Part shown: positions 1 through 12,900 of the stretch, piece after piece
Numbering within the stretch: the stretch's first letter is position 1
How the letters are laid out: each line of letters starts with the position of its first letter
From: Hydrolagus colliei
Lineage: Eukaryota
DNA length: 64,000 nucleotides
Direction: 5' to 3'
Assembly (NCBI GenBank): GCA_035084275.1
Contig: CM068758.1
Coordinates: 434,001 to 498,000 of the forward strand
Notes under the pieces: model-generated
The model's input: only the letters and a program-made list of their open reading frames with translations
What the model was told of the DNA's origin: nothing
Databases searched by the model: none
Program-made: the position numbers and the translations under genes

Positions 1-3000
1 TTCACTCAGCTGATTCAAGTATTGAAGTACAAGCGGGTCAAACTTGATGAAAGTCAGGTAAGACTGTTTGCTGAAATTGTACGAGAGAGAGAAATGTTTC
101 ATTGCATTTGGGTTCACTTTCCTTTGTTTATTGGTGAGTTTGAGCCAGGAGTAATTGTTATAGACAGTCCTTTGGGAATTATTACTCTGTTGTGTCAACC
201 CCTCCACAAAAGTACTCCAGGTTCTGCTGGAATTGATGTCCTCGTTCAGGTAGCCTTTAACAATTGGTTTGCTCTCTCACGTTACAGCTCAGTTGCATAT
301 TCTTTCGACTAAAATCGGATGAAATAGAGGTCGAGGTAGACGAGGTCCCGGAGGATGTTCTGCTGTATTTCAAGTAAGTATTTGTCTTTTGTACATACAA
401 CCATAAAAGGATGAGAAGTGGAAACCAATTCTGCTTCGCTGGAGACTGGTCCTCCCGTCTACTGACAGAAGGAATACTGTTTTTAAAGAATAGGCAACAT
501 ATATTTTACCCCAAAGCCTCACACCATTTAAGTATTAAAGATATATTTATATCCACTTGTTTTAGCTCTGCAGAATTCAAAACAACTCCAGAGTGCAAGA
601 AATTCTTCAAGGCTGTTGGAAAATCGAACATTAATGCCTTACCAAAGGGATTAGGAAGATACCAATTGTTGCAGAACGCTAAAACCTGCTTGGTAAGAAC
701 GGATCTTATTTGGTCTTCTGCTATGCTTTTGATTACAGAATCTGTTGTTCAATACAAAGATACTTAAATGGATTGAATTTACTGTACAGACATCATGTGG
801 AAATGGTCCAGTGACCGTTGTAACTGTTGAATTATTCTCTCATAACCTTAGGGTATTCGTGAAGGAAGTCTGACAGAAGACAATGTAGAAACATTAGGTG
901 CTTTGGTCTGTGATCTCGATGGGGCCTCTATCAAGACGTCTCATGTTTCCATTTTGGAGCAATTAAAGCATTGCGTTTCATACACTGAAAGTCAAAAGTC
1001 AGTGATTGAAGCTGTACTCAACAACAAGACAACCAGATACGGGTATGTTTGGAGCTGATTTCCTTTAGATTTCTTGGAGAACCAATATCAGCAGGGTTTC
1101 GATCTAGAGCTTGGAATAGTTCCTCTCAATCCGCTGCCTGCTGCACTTGTCATTTGCACGCATCCTAAATGGGACTCCCATTGTATTTGCTGTTTGACAA
1201 TAACCTTATTTCATTGAGACGTTGAGAGCCTTGACCTGAGTGTTAGTGTATGGCCTGGAATACTGGACAAATGACAGGGATTATTTCCTTGTAGTTTCTC
1301 CAGGAGATGAGATTTAGATTGGAAACCTCTGATTGGAGATGTGTGAATTCTAGTGAGAAACTGCGCTCAAAATACTTATTGGTGAACTTTTTGTTTGAAT
1401 ACAGTCTACCTTCATCATGGACCTCATTGTCGTTGACTGACCTTGGAAACCTACCTTTGGCTTTCACCTTCACATGGAGAAGTGTAAACTTGGTGAGTTT
1501 CAACTGGTAAAGAATTCTTTCAGATGAAGTTAAGGGTAAAAGTAACTTTCTTTTCCAAAGTATTTTGCATGCTGCTTTACACATTGGAATATGTTGTGGT
1601 AAACAGTGTTACTCTGTAAACTGGATTTGTCTGTAGTTGACGCTTTATTGGGTTAATTAATCTCTTTGAGGTACTGACTATATTCTACCTTGCAGCCTGC
1701 CTTGAAATATGCCCTCCCAAGATTTCTCAAGAGATTGAAAACTACCAACTCACCGAATGCTGTCCTGGGATTCATCAATCAGTTGAAGTTGCACGCAAAC
1801 GTTACAGAAAGTATGTCATTTTCTTACAGGATTGGTTAAAGAAATAACATTGTGTGTGTGTGTGTATATATATATACGTGTGTGCAGTGTACAAATGGAT
1901 GTTATATGTAACAAACTGTTGTGTTTGCAGCCTGTACAAATCTCAAAGCGGTCGACATTGATGAGCTAACCCCTGTTAAATATGATGCTACCCAGTTACA
2001 CAACTGTTTGAGTGATCGCGTACTGAAGAATAACATATTTGTATTGGGAACTCTGTCCTTTGATACTGCTCAGCTGCACGTTCTGAAAAACAAACTTGTT
2101 AAGGTAAAAATCCGGCTTGTAACCTTCGTAATAATAAATAATTTGAGAACCAAAGTGAGTTTTATGTTTTCCTTTGTTTAAAACTGCTCTTGATGATCCG
2201 TGTGTAAAATTATCGAGCAAATGATGCAAAACGGAGTAAATTATTATTATTCCAGCGATACAGATTGTTTTATCCTTTCCCTTCCATCACAATCGTTTCA
2301 CAATTATGCAAGAATCCTTCACAGTTGATGTAAATTTGAGTTCTAATAACTGAGTAATGCTATGATGAAGACAAATCCACACTCTTACAATAAGTGCTCG
2401 CCTGTGTGCTGGACAATAAGACCACATGTTGGGATTGAATCTGATTGTTTGGATCTCTGTGATGCAGCTTTACCCCGGTGGGATCCCAGAAGCTGCAATC
2501 CTACTGCTGGGCAACATATCTACTGTGTTCAACGCATCCCAAATGAGCAGCTGGAATATAACTCAAGTTGACACACTCGAACTAGTGCTGAGGAATCCGT
2601 TAGAGCACTTCCAGGTACTTAAACTGAGAAATGACGAGATGAGTTTGGATGGAAAGGAAAAGCCCTTTGATGCTCTGATCAGCCATGTTTGAGGAGATTG
2701 TCTAAGGGATGGATGGTGCAGCACTGATTGGTGGGGTTGGGTGTGAGGGTGGGTGTGCGTTTGGGGTTGGGGGTGGAGGTGGAGGAGGTGAAACCCAATT
2801 GGGAATCAAAGAAAGAAAAGTTGAAATGGGGCAAATGTTTGCTATTTATCTGGTGTTTCTCTGTGCAATGATAGCTGATCCGTGTTCACCTCTTACAGGT
2901 CACGACCATCATTGCAAGATTCTTGGCCTTTGATGGAAAACTGAATGGATCTGCATTGAAAGCTGTCGGTGGTGCAAACCTGTGCCTTCTGAATGAAAAC

Positions 3001-3956
3001 CAACTGAGGACAATTTCCTCCCTGGAGTAAGTGATGAAATCTTTCTGATCCACAATCAGGCAAGCAATCAGGAACTGGAGCCATGGTTGCTGTTGATGCT
3101 GTTCTTGGTGTTTGGTATTTTGGTGTATTTGGGGTGGAATGTGCAGCCAATGGAAATATTTTCCCTTTTCTCCCACAGAGATGCAGGAGCTCTAGATATT
3201 TCTTTGTGCAGTCAGTCAAAGAAGAACCTGCTTTACCAGAAAGCTGTTGTTGCTTTGAAGGCTCAGAATATTAACCCGATCCCCCAATTTCAACTGTTAA
3301 AGTCGTACATTAGTAAGTCTCGGAATATTTACCTTTCATTCTTGTCCACTTCATCCATTCGGCCTTAGTTGAGTTCACTGAGTCTTTGTCTGTAAAACAA
3401 GAAACTATTTCAATAGTTATATTAAACATTTTTTTCCTACTTTATAAACAATAATAACTTGCCTTTTTGTCAAGCCATGACTTAGGATATAGCGTATGGC
3501 GGAGCTGAAAGCGGAGGTGGTTCATATACTGTGTTAAGCTGATGGCTCTGATTTTTCCCTTCAGGTGGAGCGAGACTGGTTGATCTGCAAACTCTGGCAA
3601 ACCACACAGTCCATATGGATTTTGCAACCTTCAAGACACTGAATCCTGAAGAAGTGACGGTTGGTACATGGACAATATGTTGGCATCACTGTGGTTGGGG
3701 GGGGGGCATTTCTTTAGCTGCTTCCCTTTGTCCTTCTGTTGGTTCCCTTTGGCGACTCTATGAATGACAGAGATTTGTTAAATGTTTCTCTTTTAGAATC
3801 TGACAGCTGAGAACCTGATTGACTTACTTGGAAGTAACCTGCCTGCACTGATAACTGGATTCAATGAAACTGTTGTGATAGTTTGGGTGAATTCACACTT
3901 TGTATCTGAAGTCAGGAAAGTTGGGCTTACGGGAGGAATTCCAGATCCTCCTCTAG
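1..3956 (+). CDS. Mesothelin-like domain 1 (first exon truncated by the window)
   Basis: Exons <1-57, 288-373, 566-692, 852-1042, 1405-1492, 1696-1810, 1931-2103, 2468-2614, 2899-3026, 3179-3312, 3565-3659, 3797-3956. For example, 852-1042 encodes [43 protein letters not shown], resembling mesothelin GVRGSLLSEADVRALGGLACDLPG..YG. Confidence 0.9.
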
Positions 3957-6900
3957 GTATGTTCCTCGTCAACGGCAAATAAATCTGCACATCAATTGCG
4001 GCTTTTGAAACACTGCTCTGAGGAGGATATCCCCCTCTGATAATGTTTGCACTATTTCTGTTAGATTTGCTTTGGATTCTGTTGTGAGTGTTTCCAATAG
4101 TCATTAAATTCAGATGATTTTCTAATAAGTACATGACACTATTTTTGACAACAGATATATTTTATTAAGGATCAGATAAATGTAGTGCTCTATAGTTTTA
4201 TGTATCTTAATACTGTACTTTTCTGTTTGACTTTTCCAACAGAAACTGTTTTATGTGAAGCCAGAAATAGGTAAGTTTCTTCTGTTTCCCGCAGTGCCGT
4301 TGTCCTCACACTCAGTCCAAAGTCACAAAGACTTGGAGAAGTCTCTCTCAACAATATGGCTAGATTGGTGATTAGGCAGTGAAGCACATGGACATTACAG
4401 AATCCTGCCTCTGTTATCAGTCACAAAACCCACCTGTTTAACCGGTATCCTCTGTTTCCTTACAGTTCAGCGGTGAATGATTTCCTGATGACCCTCAACA
4501 GGACCCAACTCTGCAATGTTGCCATTATAGACTACGCATGTGCTCGGGTAAGCTGTGTTCCGCTCTAGAATTCCACACAACAGTGTCTTCCTTCACGCGG
4601 TTCATCCACAGGGAACAATGTTGTAGTCCTTCCCAACTTTCTTGGTTCCCTATACAAATGTAGTCAAATTGTTGTATCATCTCCGCCTGTCGAAATAATA
4701 CCTCTGATCGATTGTTTTCAGATAACTTAACAGTTTCCATTATTTGTCAACCGATTCCTTGCAGATTGAACTGCTGGCAAATCTATCCAGTTATGACGTG
4801 ACTGCTCTGTTTGACTGCTACACTCGCTCAAAGGCTTTGAGGGTCGCAGATGAAAAACCGCTGACTCTGTTTATTCAAAAGCTTGACAGAACCACACTTA
4901 ACCAGGCGTTGGACATGTTTAATAAAAAGGTAAGCCCTTATTGATTCCATACTGTAGGGGTACTACTGTAAACTATTAAACGCCTCCTTACTGATTCACA
5001 TTAAACTTATTGGTGTGTTTCAGACTTTAAATATGTCTTCAATTGGTCTGGAAAGCAAGACAACGTTCTTTAACGCCTTGTGGGAGAATGTGAAGCTCAA
5101 CGTGACCAGCCCTGCTCTCCTGGCCAAATGGTTTCAGCAAAGATTCAGACCATTCATTGCAGGCATTCCTCAATCAGTCCTGACTGACCTTCTGGTGAGG
5201 AATGTCACATGTGATGGATACCAAGCAGTGTAAGTCTATTGTTTTCTCTTACAATCACCTGGTGCTGGGAATTGCAGAACAATCCTGGGTATAAACAGTG
5301 ATGGAAAAGAAGGAAACATGGAACAATAAACTGACTTGTGCTGTCAATTTGTCTTCACTTAGTGTGAAAGGCCTGAGTGATGGATTTGGAGAGATGCCAC
5401 TGCCAACGAGACACACCATACTGCAAGTCTGGATCCTTAGATACCTGAACAGCACAGGTAACCTGGATCCAATCAGTATCTGTAAATCAATCATTTCTTT
5501 CACATGTCGGCAAACGCCGAGTTTGTAAACGCACAATAGATAACCTTCTTTGCCATTCATCTCCAGGTGCTGGCTGTATCAGCAACACCAATGGCTCTCG
5601 AGACTGGCTGGTGAAGAATTGGGGAACGTTCAGCAAACTGGCTGATATAAAGCATCTGTCGGACTTGAATTCCAATTTCAGCGCAGTAAGTGACTGACAC
5701 ATTTTGTTTTTTTTTGAGATGATAAGCAGCAGGAGATGCTTTGTGTTCTGAAGACATCAGTACCAACAACAACGACAAAATTACATTGATAGAGTGCCTT
5801 TCATGTCGGGAGGACGTGCCAAGGCGCTGAGATCAAAATGATGACATGAATTAAATGTTGCTTTCATTAATATTATCAAACATACCCCAAATATCTTGCT
5901 AAACATCAAGTATTGTATTTGTTTCACCGAGTAATCTCTGTCATCATTTGTGGTTACGTCAAAAAATACTTTTTCACACGGAGTCATCTTTTCTGACAGG
6001 TTGAAGCAGGGGGCTTGCTGACTGTATCACAACTTGGAGAATTTGTGGGGAGAAATGGTACCTTGAGAAATGTTTATGACGTACACAAGCTTTTCACCAT
6101 CATCACAAATGTTACCGTGACTGAATTCCTGGACAGCTTTGCCTCGGCTGCCTACAGGGTAGGAGAACTTTGTGTGTTGTTTTTAATATAACCTGTATCC
6201 GTCAAGCACACATTTGGAGTTTAGTATGTGAGCACTGAGAGACAATGGCTCTGCCCTTTTCCATGCTGTGTTTATAGTTGGTTGATGTGCTCTCTGTCTC
6301 CTGGCATTGAAGCAGTTGATTTATTCCTAAATGTTTACAGAACCACGTGAAGCTGTCCCCTAACGTCACAACAGCTTTCCTGAGGGAGGTTCTGAACCGC
6401 ACTCAGTCGATCCTTTCAAACGCAGACTATAATGAGCTCTCCATCTGGTTCAACAATAGACTGGCATTCCTCCTGCCGGGACTCACCGAACAGTTGGTGC
6501 CTTTGGTCCTGGTCACTCAGAGCTGCAAAGGATCCCAATTCATGTAAGTTTGATGCACTTTGTTTATACTCAGTGGATTGGAGTCCCAAAGTGAATTTCA
6601 TATTAAGCGTTTGTAAATTTAGTGGTAGCTTTCTGTTTCATAAATTATGTTGTACGTTGGTGACATAACCCTCTAATGCCTTGAATTTGACCTTTTATAG
6701 TGTATCTGTGCTGAGCTCCATCAAGCCACCGTTGTATTCTGATATTCAAGAAGCCATTTATGCAAAGATACTACACTTTAATAAAGGTAACAACACAGAT
6801 TTCATCCATTAGAACCTCGCAATGCAATTTAACCCAACGCAGTTCCCACCATTTGAAGTACTAAATGTTGCTGTTTGTTGGGTATTGTCAATAAGCAGGA

Positions 6901-9900
6901 ATGATGCTGTGGGCAACATTACATTGGTCATCGTTTAACCTAATCTCATTTTTGTGGCTATTTGCTTCAGCGCCTCGGGACGTCCTCCCAACATGAAAGC
7001 TGCTAATCCAGCTCAATAGAAACAACAACAACAACAACTTTGATCCACGCCGGACGGCGTCTCAGAGCGTTATTGAGTAAGACATCATTGAATAAGATGG
7101 GAGCTTGAACTGAACGTTTTTTCCACTTTCTTTCCAGAATTCCCCCTTCGGTGCTATGAAAACAACAATTTTGTTGTTTATCTGAACAACACCTTCCGAA
7201 ATTTCTCTAAACATTTGAGTTTGACGGATTTGGTCTCATTGATACCGAAGAACAGAGCAGCTCAGGTAAGAACACCAACAACAAAATGACACTTGTATAG
7301 ACGGCGCCTTTCCCGTCAGCAGGACATCCCAAGGCGCTGGACAGTCACTGTGTCAGTCCCGAGCTGGGGACAGGGTGGGGAGGGAAACGGGGGTATTAGG
7401 AGTTGCCGGTGGGACCATATTTAAGTTCAATCATTTTTTTGTCTGTTTTTCTTCCAGGTTTTGAATGCGACTGAACCCACAGATGTGGCTGATTTGCTGA
7501 GCAGACCTGAATTCATCGATGACAACAGCAATCTGACTCTGTTGTTACTGAGCTACCAATCCATCCAGAAACTAGGAATATTTGTGGACAGATTCAACCA
7601 AAACAGTCACAATGTAAGTGGCAGATGGTTTAGAACAGAACGCAGCATCTCTTCTGGGTCAGTGGCTTTAGGCCGACGTTAATAATGAGAGGTCGAAATG
7701 TTCTATTGTTCCACACGGTTGACAAACTCAGTCAATCAGGAATGTTGTAGTTGGAATGGGATTTTCTGTTCTGTGTGATTAAGAGAAGTTAAATATTAAT
7801 GTTATTCTACGTTTACAGAGTGACCTGAGAGACACCACCCTGGCTGCCATCATGGAGGGTCTGTGGCCACTGTTTGCCAGGAGCTTGTCTGAACTGAGTG
7901 ACGCCCAAGCCAAGGTGTGGCTTGATGCCAGGCTGGAACCGTATCTGCCTTTCATCAGCCAAGACCTGCTGGCTTCTCAAGACACCCTGAGAGTGAAGTG
8001 CCAACCCTACAGAACAATGTAAATACCGTGCGGGCTTTGTGTGTGGGTGGGTGCCTCTTCCACCGATAGCCAGGCTTCTCTCTCTCTCTCTCTCTCCCTT
8101 TTGCAGTGTAACGTCCGGCTTCATTTTAATTCTCTCATTCCTGCTCCCTGCGTTAGGCCGACAAACCGTCAACTCTCTCTCCGCTCAAACCCCCCCCCCC
8201 CCCGCCCCCACCGCCCTCCCCATTTATGTGGACATGTAAAACGAGTTTGGGTCAACTGCTCTTGTCAAATAATATTACCTTCTTATCTACCGTTTGGTTG
8301 TATTTAATTATTGAATGCTAAAATCTTGCAATTGTTATTTAGTGTGAAAACATTGAGTGCTGGATACAATTCTTTCGAACCAGCCAAACAGAAGGAAATC
8401 TACAATGGCATCAAAACGTACCTCCAAGAAGGTAAACGTTATTGTTATTTTGGTTAAAGTGATCGTAGTTGAGATGACAATTTGACTGTATCCATGTGTA
8501 AGGAAATTAATTTAGTGCAGCTCTGGTTGCTGGTACTTGTAAAGCTAAACCTAAAGCCAGTAAGAGATTTTGGCTGGTGCTGGTGGCGGTGAGGAAGAAA
8601 CTAGGAATCAGAATAATTTTTTAATTTGACTTTTAGATGAAAACATTAAAGACAGAGTCAAAGTGTTTGTGAAGTATTAAACACACGTTCAACATTAATT
8701 AGTAAAGTTGATTCTCAAATGAATTGAAGCCTTTGTGTAATCACACTTTTCATTCCTTTGTACAGCAGGTCCTAAACCCAAATGCTACAACGCCAGTGAC
8801 GCAGCTCTGAACTCTACTGCTTGGTTTGTTAACTACCTCGGACTATACCTGAGCCAAGTGACAGAGGCTGATCTTCTGTCTTTCTCTGATAACAAAGCAA
8901 AGGTAATTGTGAAGATAAAGTCAGCAGAAAACTTTTCTAAGTGTTTTATGCAGAAGAATAAGTTTTCAATGGCTCAATTCTCAATGCAATGCTTGACAAT
9001 TCTGCTGTTAATCAGATTATTAGCTGTTGTTGTTGGCTGTGTCAAGGAATGTATGTGTAGATCATTATATGGGTCATTCAGTTCTGGGTTGTATTTCAAT
9101 CCACCTCAACTTAATGCGATGGAAGTCACCAAATGAGATCAAAATTGTCTCTGTGGGTTGCCAACCATTTTTGAATTCCCCTTTTTCTTATTAGCCAATA
9201 TAAAGGTAACTGCTGTGGCCTGGCCAATATTGCCCCCGATTCCAAAATTCACAAAAAAAACAAAACCCTTTACATCGATTTGACAATTAACATCGCTGAT
9301 TATGAGAAGCTGCTACAAGAAATTGGCTTCCACATTTGCCCGCACACCATCCCATATTGAATATCAGACTATTTCACGAAGTGAATCATCACCGCATCAC
9401 ACCTATTGATCACTGTTCTTGGTTGAGTAAACGTTGCTAATTTCATTTCAATGTTTGTGTTTCCAGCTTCAGGAATTCGCAGCTGATCCTGACAATCTGG
9501 CATTGCTGGGAAACGTGACGTTGCCAATTGAAGTTGCGAAATTCTGCATTGCATTGGTGCTTGAAGGGAATCCGAATGTTAATATAATAAGGTATGGCAA
9601 TATATTTCCACCCAAAGATATGAAATCCAAGTTTCTGGTCGAAATCACCTGTCGATCATCGTTCAGGAGGTAGATATTCACAAGTAGAAATTGACTTAAG
9701 TTTGCCAATAAGTAGACAATGATGCCAAATGATTGGACGTTCTTAGTTTTTGATCAGTGTTACTCAAGTCACAAGGAGACACTCTAGAGAGCCATTTTGG
9801 GATGACCTTGTGGAGAGTCTCATTGGGGATCACTTAGTATCAGGGAGACCTGTTGGTCTGTCACTGACGCAGATTGCAAATACTGTTTTCCAGCCTGCCC

Positions 9901-12900
9901 GATTCTCTGATTTGCTTGATTGCTGGTACAAACGCTCTTCGGTCCGCGAATGAGCAGCAAGTCTTGGCTGTAATCCAAAAGAAAAACCAAGTGTGTCGGG
10001 TGAGCCCCAGCAACAATACAGCACGGCCTCAAGCACCTGTGACGGACGAACAACTGAAGGTAAATAGCAAAGAGCGTTTGACCACCTTGCTGCTCCAATG
10101 GGCTGTCCTTCAGCAGCCAGGTTTGATAATGTGGTCAATATGTGTCGCCTGAATAAACCTGGCACCCAATCTGTTGACTCTGAGGCTTTGAGTGAAGACA
10201 TTTGGCGAAAGGCACAGAAGTCCACGGTCATTGTTGGGAATTTTTAAACGTTTTTCAACTTGATGTATGCGTCCAGTGAAGCTTGAGGACTTACTCTGTT
10301 CTTGTTTCTACAGTTCTCCATATATTTAGTGAGCCAAATTACCAACTTCTCTGTGGTTACTCTGAATCAATTGGGGCAATCAGCTGTGGGTCTATCACTG
10401 AAGCAGATTGCAGATACCGATCGAAATAATCTTCAGCAAGCCCTGCCAAGCCTGGGGCAAGTTATGGGTTGGAATTTTGGACAAGTCCACTTGATTGTGA
10501 GGAATGTGTTGAGCAATGGCTACCAGGTAAGACTTGTATTTATATCTGAGTCCACAAAACGCAGCCTGTAATTATTGTGATTGCATGGGTTTTTATGCAA
10601 TATACGAGGCATGTTGAGTGGTGGTTAGAGCACTCACCTTCCAAGCGTGAGACCTGTGTTTCGAATCCAGGCAGGTCAAGGCAATGGCTTCCCAATGTTA
10701 GATGTCGTTTAGAGAAACCTTGAGGTGAGCACATCTCTGGGTTAAACAAACTGAATGACAGGCAGAAAGCAACAAGGGAAGCCAAATGGAAACGGTTTGG
10801 ATCAAACGATAAACCTCACGACTCAACTTTTGTTTCCCCCCCCATTACTCCTGAAAACCTTCTATTTGTTTTCTTTGTTGAAATAGATCCGAGATGAACA
10901 GACGCTGTTGAGTCTTGGAACCGTCATAGCTGGATGTCCAAGCAGACAATTCCAAAGCATTGAGCACAGACTACTCACCAATGTAACCAGAGACCCGGAG
11001 TTTGTGATCAATATTCAACAGGCCCCACAAGTTGTCCAGAGATTGATCGTTCTGAGGGTGAGTGATCATGAAATATCTGTCAGTAAGCGTCAGGAATATA
11101 AACCCAAGCCACGCCTTGTTTCCTATTGAGGATTGTATTTCTAGATTGGTTCAATCCTGCCTGCAGACAGTCATAATACTAAACAAAAAACTGCTTGCAC
11201 AGTGTGTTTTTGGTCAATTCTGTTGTGTTTAATTCCCATTCAGATATTGAATGCATCAAGTGGCAGTGCAGAAACAGTAAAGGACATTCCCCCAGGTCTA
11301 GCCAAACAGATCCCACTACTGTACCTGACCTCCTTAAACTTAGATCTTGGCCACATCAACAACAAAGAGTGGCTACCGAGTCAGGTGAGTGAATCGGCCT
11401 GTTACTTTTTTCCAAAGTAAAATAGCCGAATACAGTCCGAACGAATATTGTTGTGGTGGGTTAGTAATCCCACGTCTCTTCAATCCAAAGTTGCTCCACT
11501 GAGTTGAGAGAACCTGAAGGATAGTTGACGGCCTGAATTTAAACATTTCCAATGATTTCTCCCACAGGCCGCGGTGTTTTTTGAAAATATTGTCCGGAAG
11601 AACAAATTTTTTGACACGTAAGTAATATTTATTCAGAATCTACATATAAAAGAGGTTTAAATCTTATGTTTAAGCGCTATGTCAATGCAAGTTGTTGTTG
11701 TTCAATACGTTAAGGTAGCTCCCGAAGTTGTGATGAGCAAGGCTTTCTAAGAGTAAATGGAATGATTTCTGGTGCAGTTTGTTTCTTCCTAGAATGAAGT
11801 GAAGGGTGTGAATTAACACTGATTTGTTTGCGTAGCTTTTCACCTTCTGTGCTGCGAGGCTTCAGCTGTGGGGCAGTCAAGACCCTGAATTCTACTGACT
11901 TCACTCAGCTGATTCAAGTATTGAAGTACAAGCGGGTCAAACTTGATGAAAGTCAGGTAAGACTGTTTGCTGAAATTGTACGAGAGAGAGAAATGTTTCA
12001 TTGCATTTGGGTTCACTTTCCTTTGTTTATTGGTGAGTTTGAGCCAGGAGTAATTGTTATAGACAGTCCTTTGGGAATTATTACTCTGTTGTGTCAACCC
12101 CTCCACAAAAGTACTCCAGGTTCTGCTGGAATTGATGTCCTCGTTCAGGTAGCCTTTAACAATTGGTTTGCTCTCTCACGTTACAGCTCAGTTGCATATT
12201 CTTTCGACTAAAATCGGATGAAATAGAGGTCGAGGTAGACGAGGTCCCGGAGGATGTTCTGCTGTATTTCAAGTAAGTATTTGTCTTTTGTACATACAAC
12301 CATAAAAGGATGAGAAGTGGAAACCAATTCTGCTTCGCTGGAGACTGGTCCTCCCGTCTACTGACAGAAGGAATACTGTTTTTAAAGAATAGGCAACATA
12401 TATTTTACCCCAAAGCCTCACACCATTTAAGTATTAAAGATATATTTATATCCACTTGTTTTAGCTCTGCAGAATTCAAAACAACTCCAGAGTGCAAGAA
12501 ATTCTTCAAGGCTGTTGGAAAATCGAACATTAATGCCTTACCAAAGGGATTAGGAAGATACCAATTGTTGCAGAACGCTAAAACCTGCTTGGTAAGAACG
12601 GATCTTATTTGGTCTTCTGCTATGCTTTTGATTACAGAATCTGTTGTTCAATACAAAGATACTTAAATGGATTGAATTTACTGTACAGACATCATGTGGA
12701 AATGGTCCAGTGACCGTTGTAACTGTTGAATTATTCTCTCATAACCTTAGGGTATTCGTGAAGGAAGTCTGACAGAAGACAATGTAGAAACATTAGGTGC
12801 TTTGGTCTGTGATCTCGATGGGGCCTCTATCAAGACGTCTCATGTTTCCATTTTGGAGCAATTAAAGCATTGCGTTTCATACACTGAAAGTCAAAAGTCA

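Noticed and set aside
4065-4083. Possible 19-nt micro-exon (ttag|ATTTGCTTTGGATTCTGTT|gtgagt)
   Set aside because: Inclusion shifts the frame and gives a TGA in the next exon, and I saw no compensating partner. It could only be a poison exon, for which there is no evidence.
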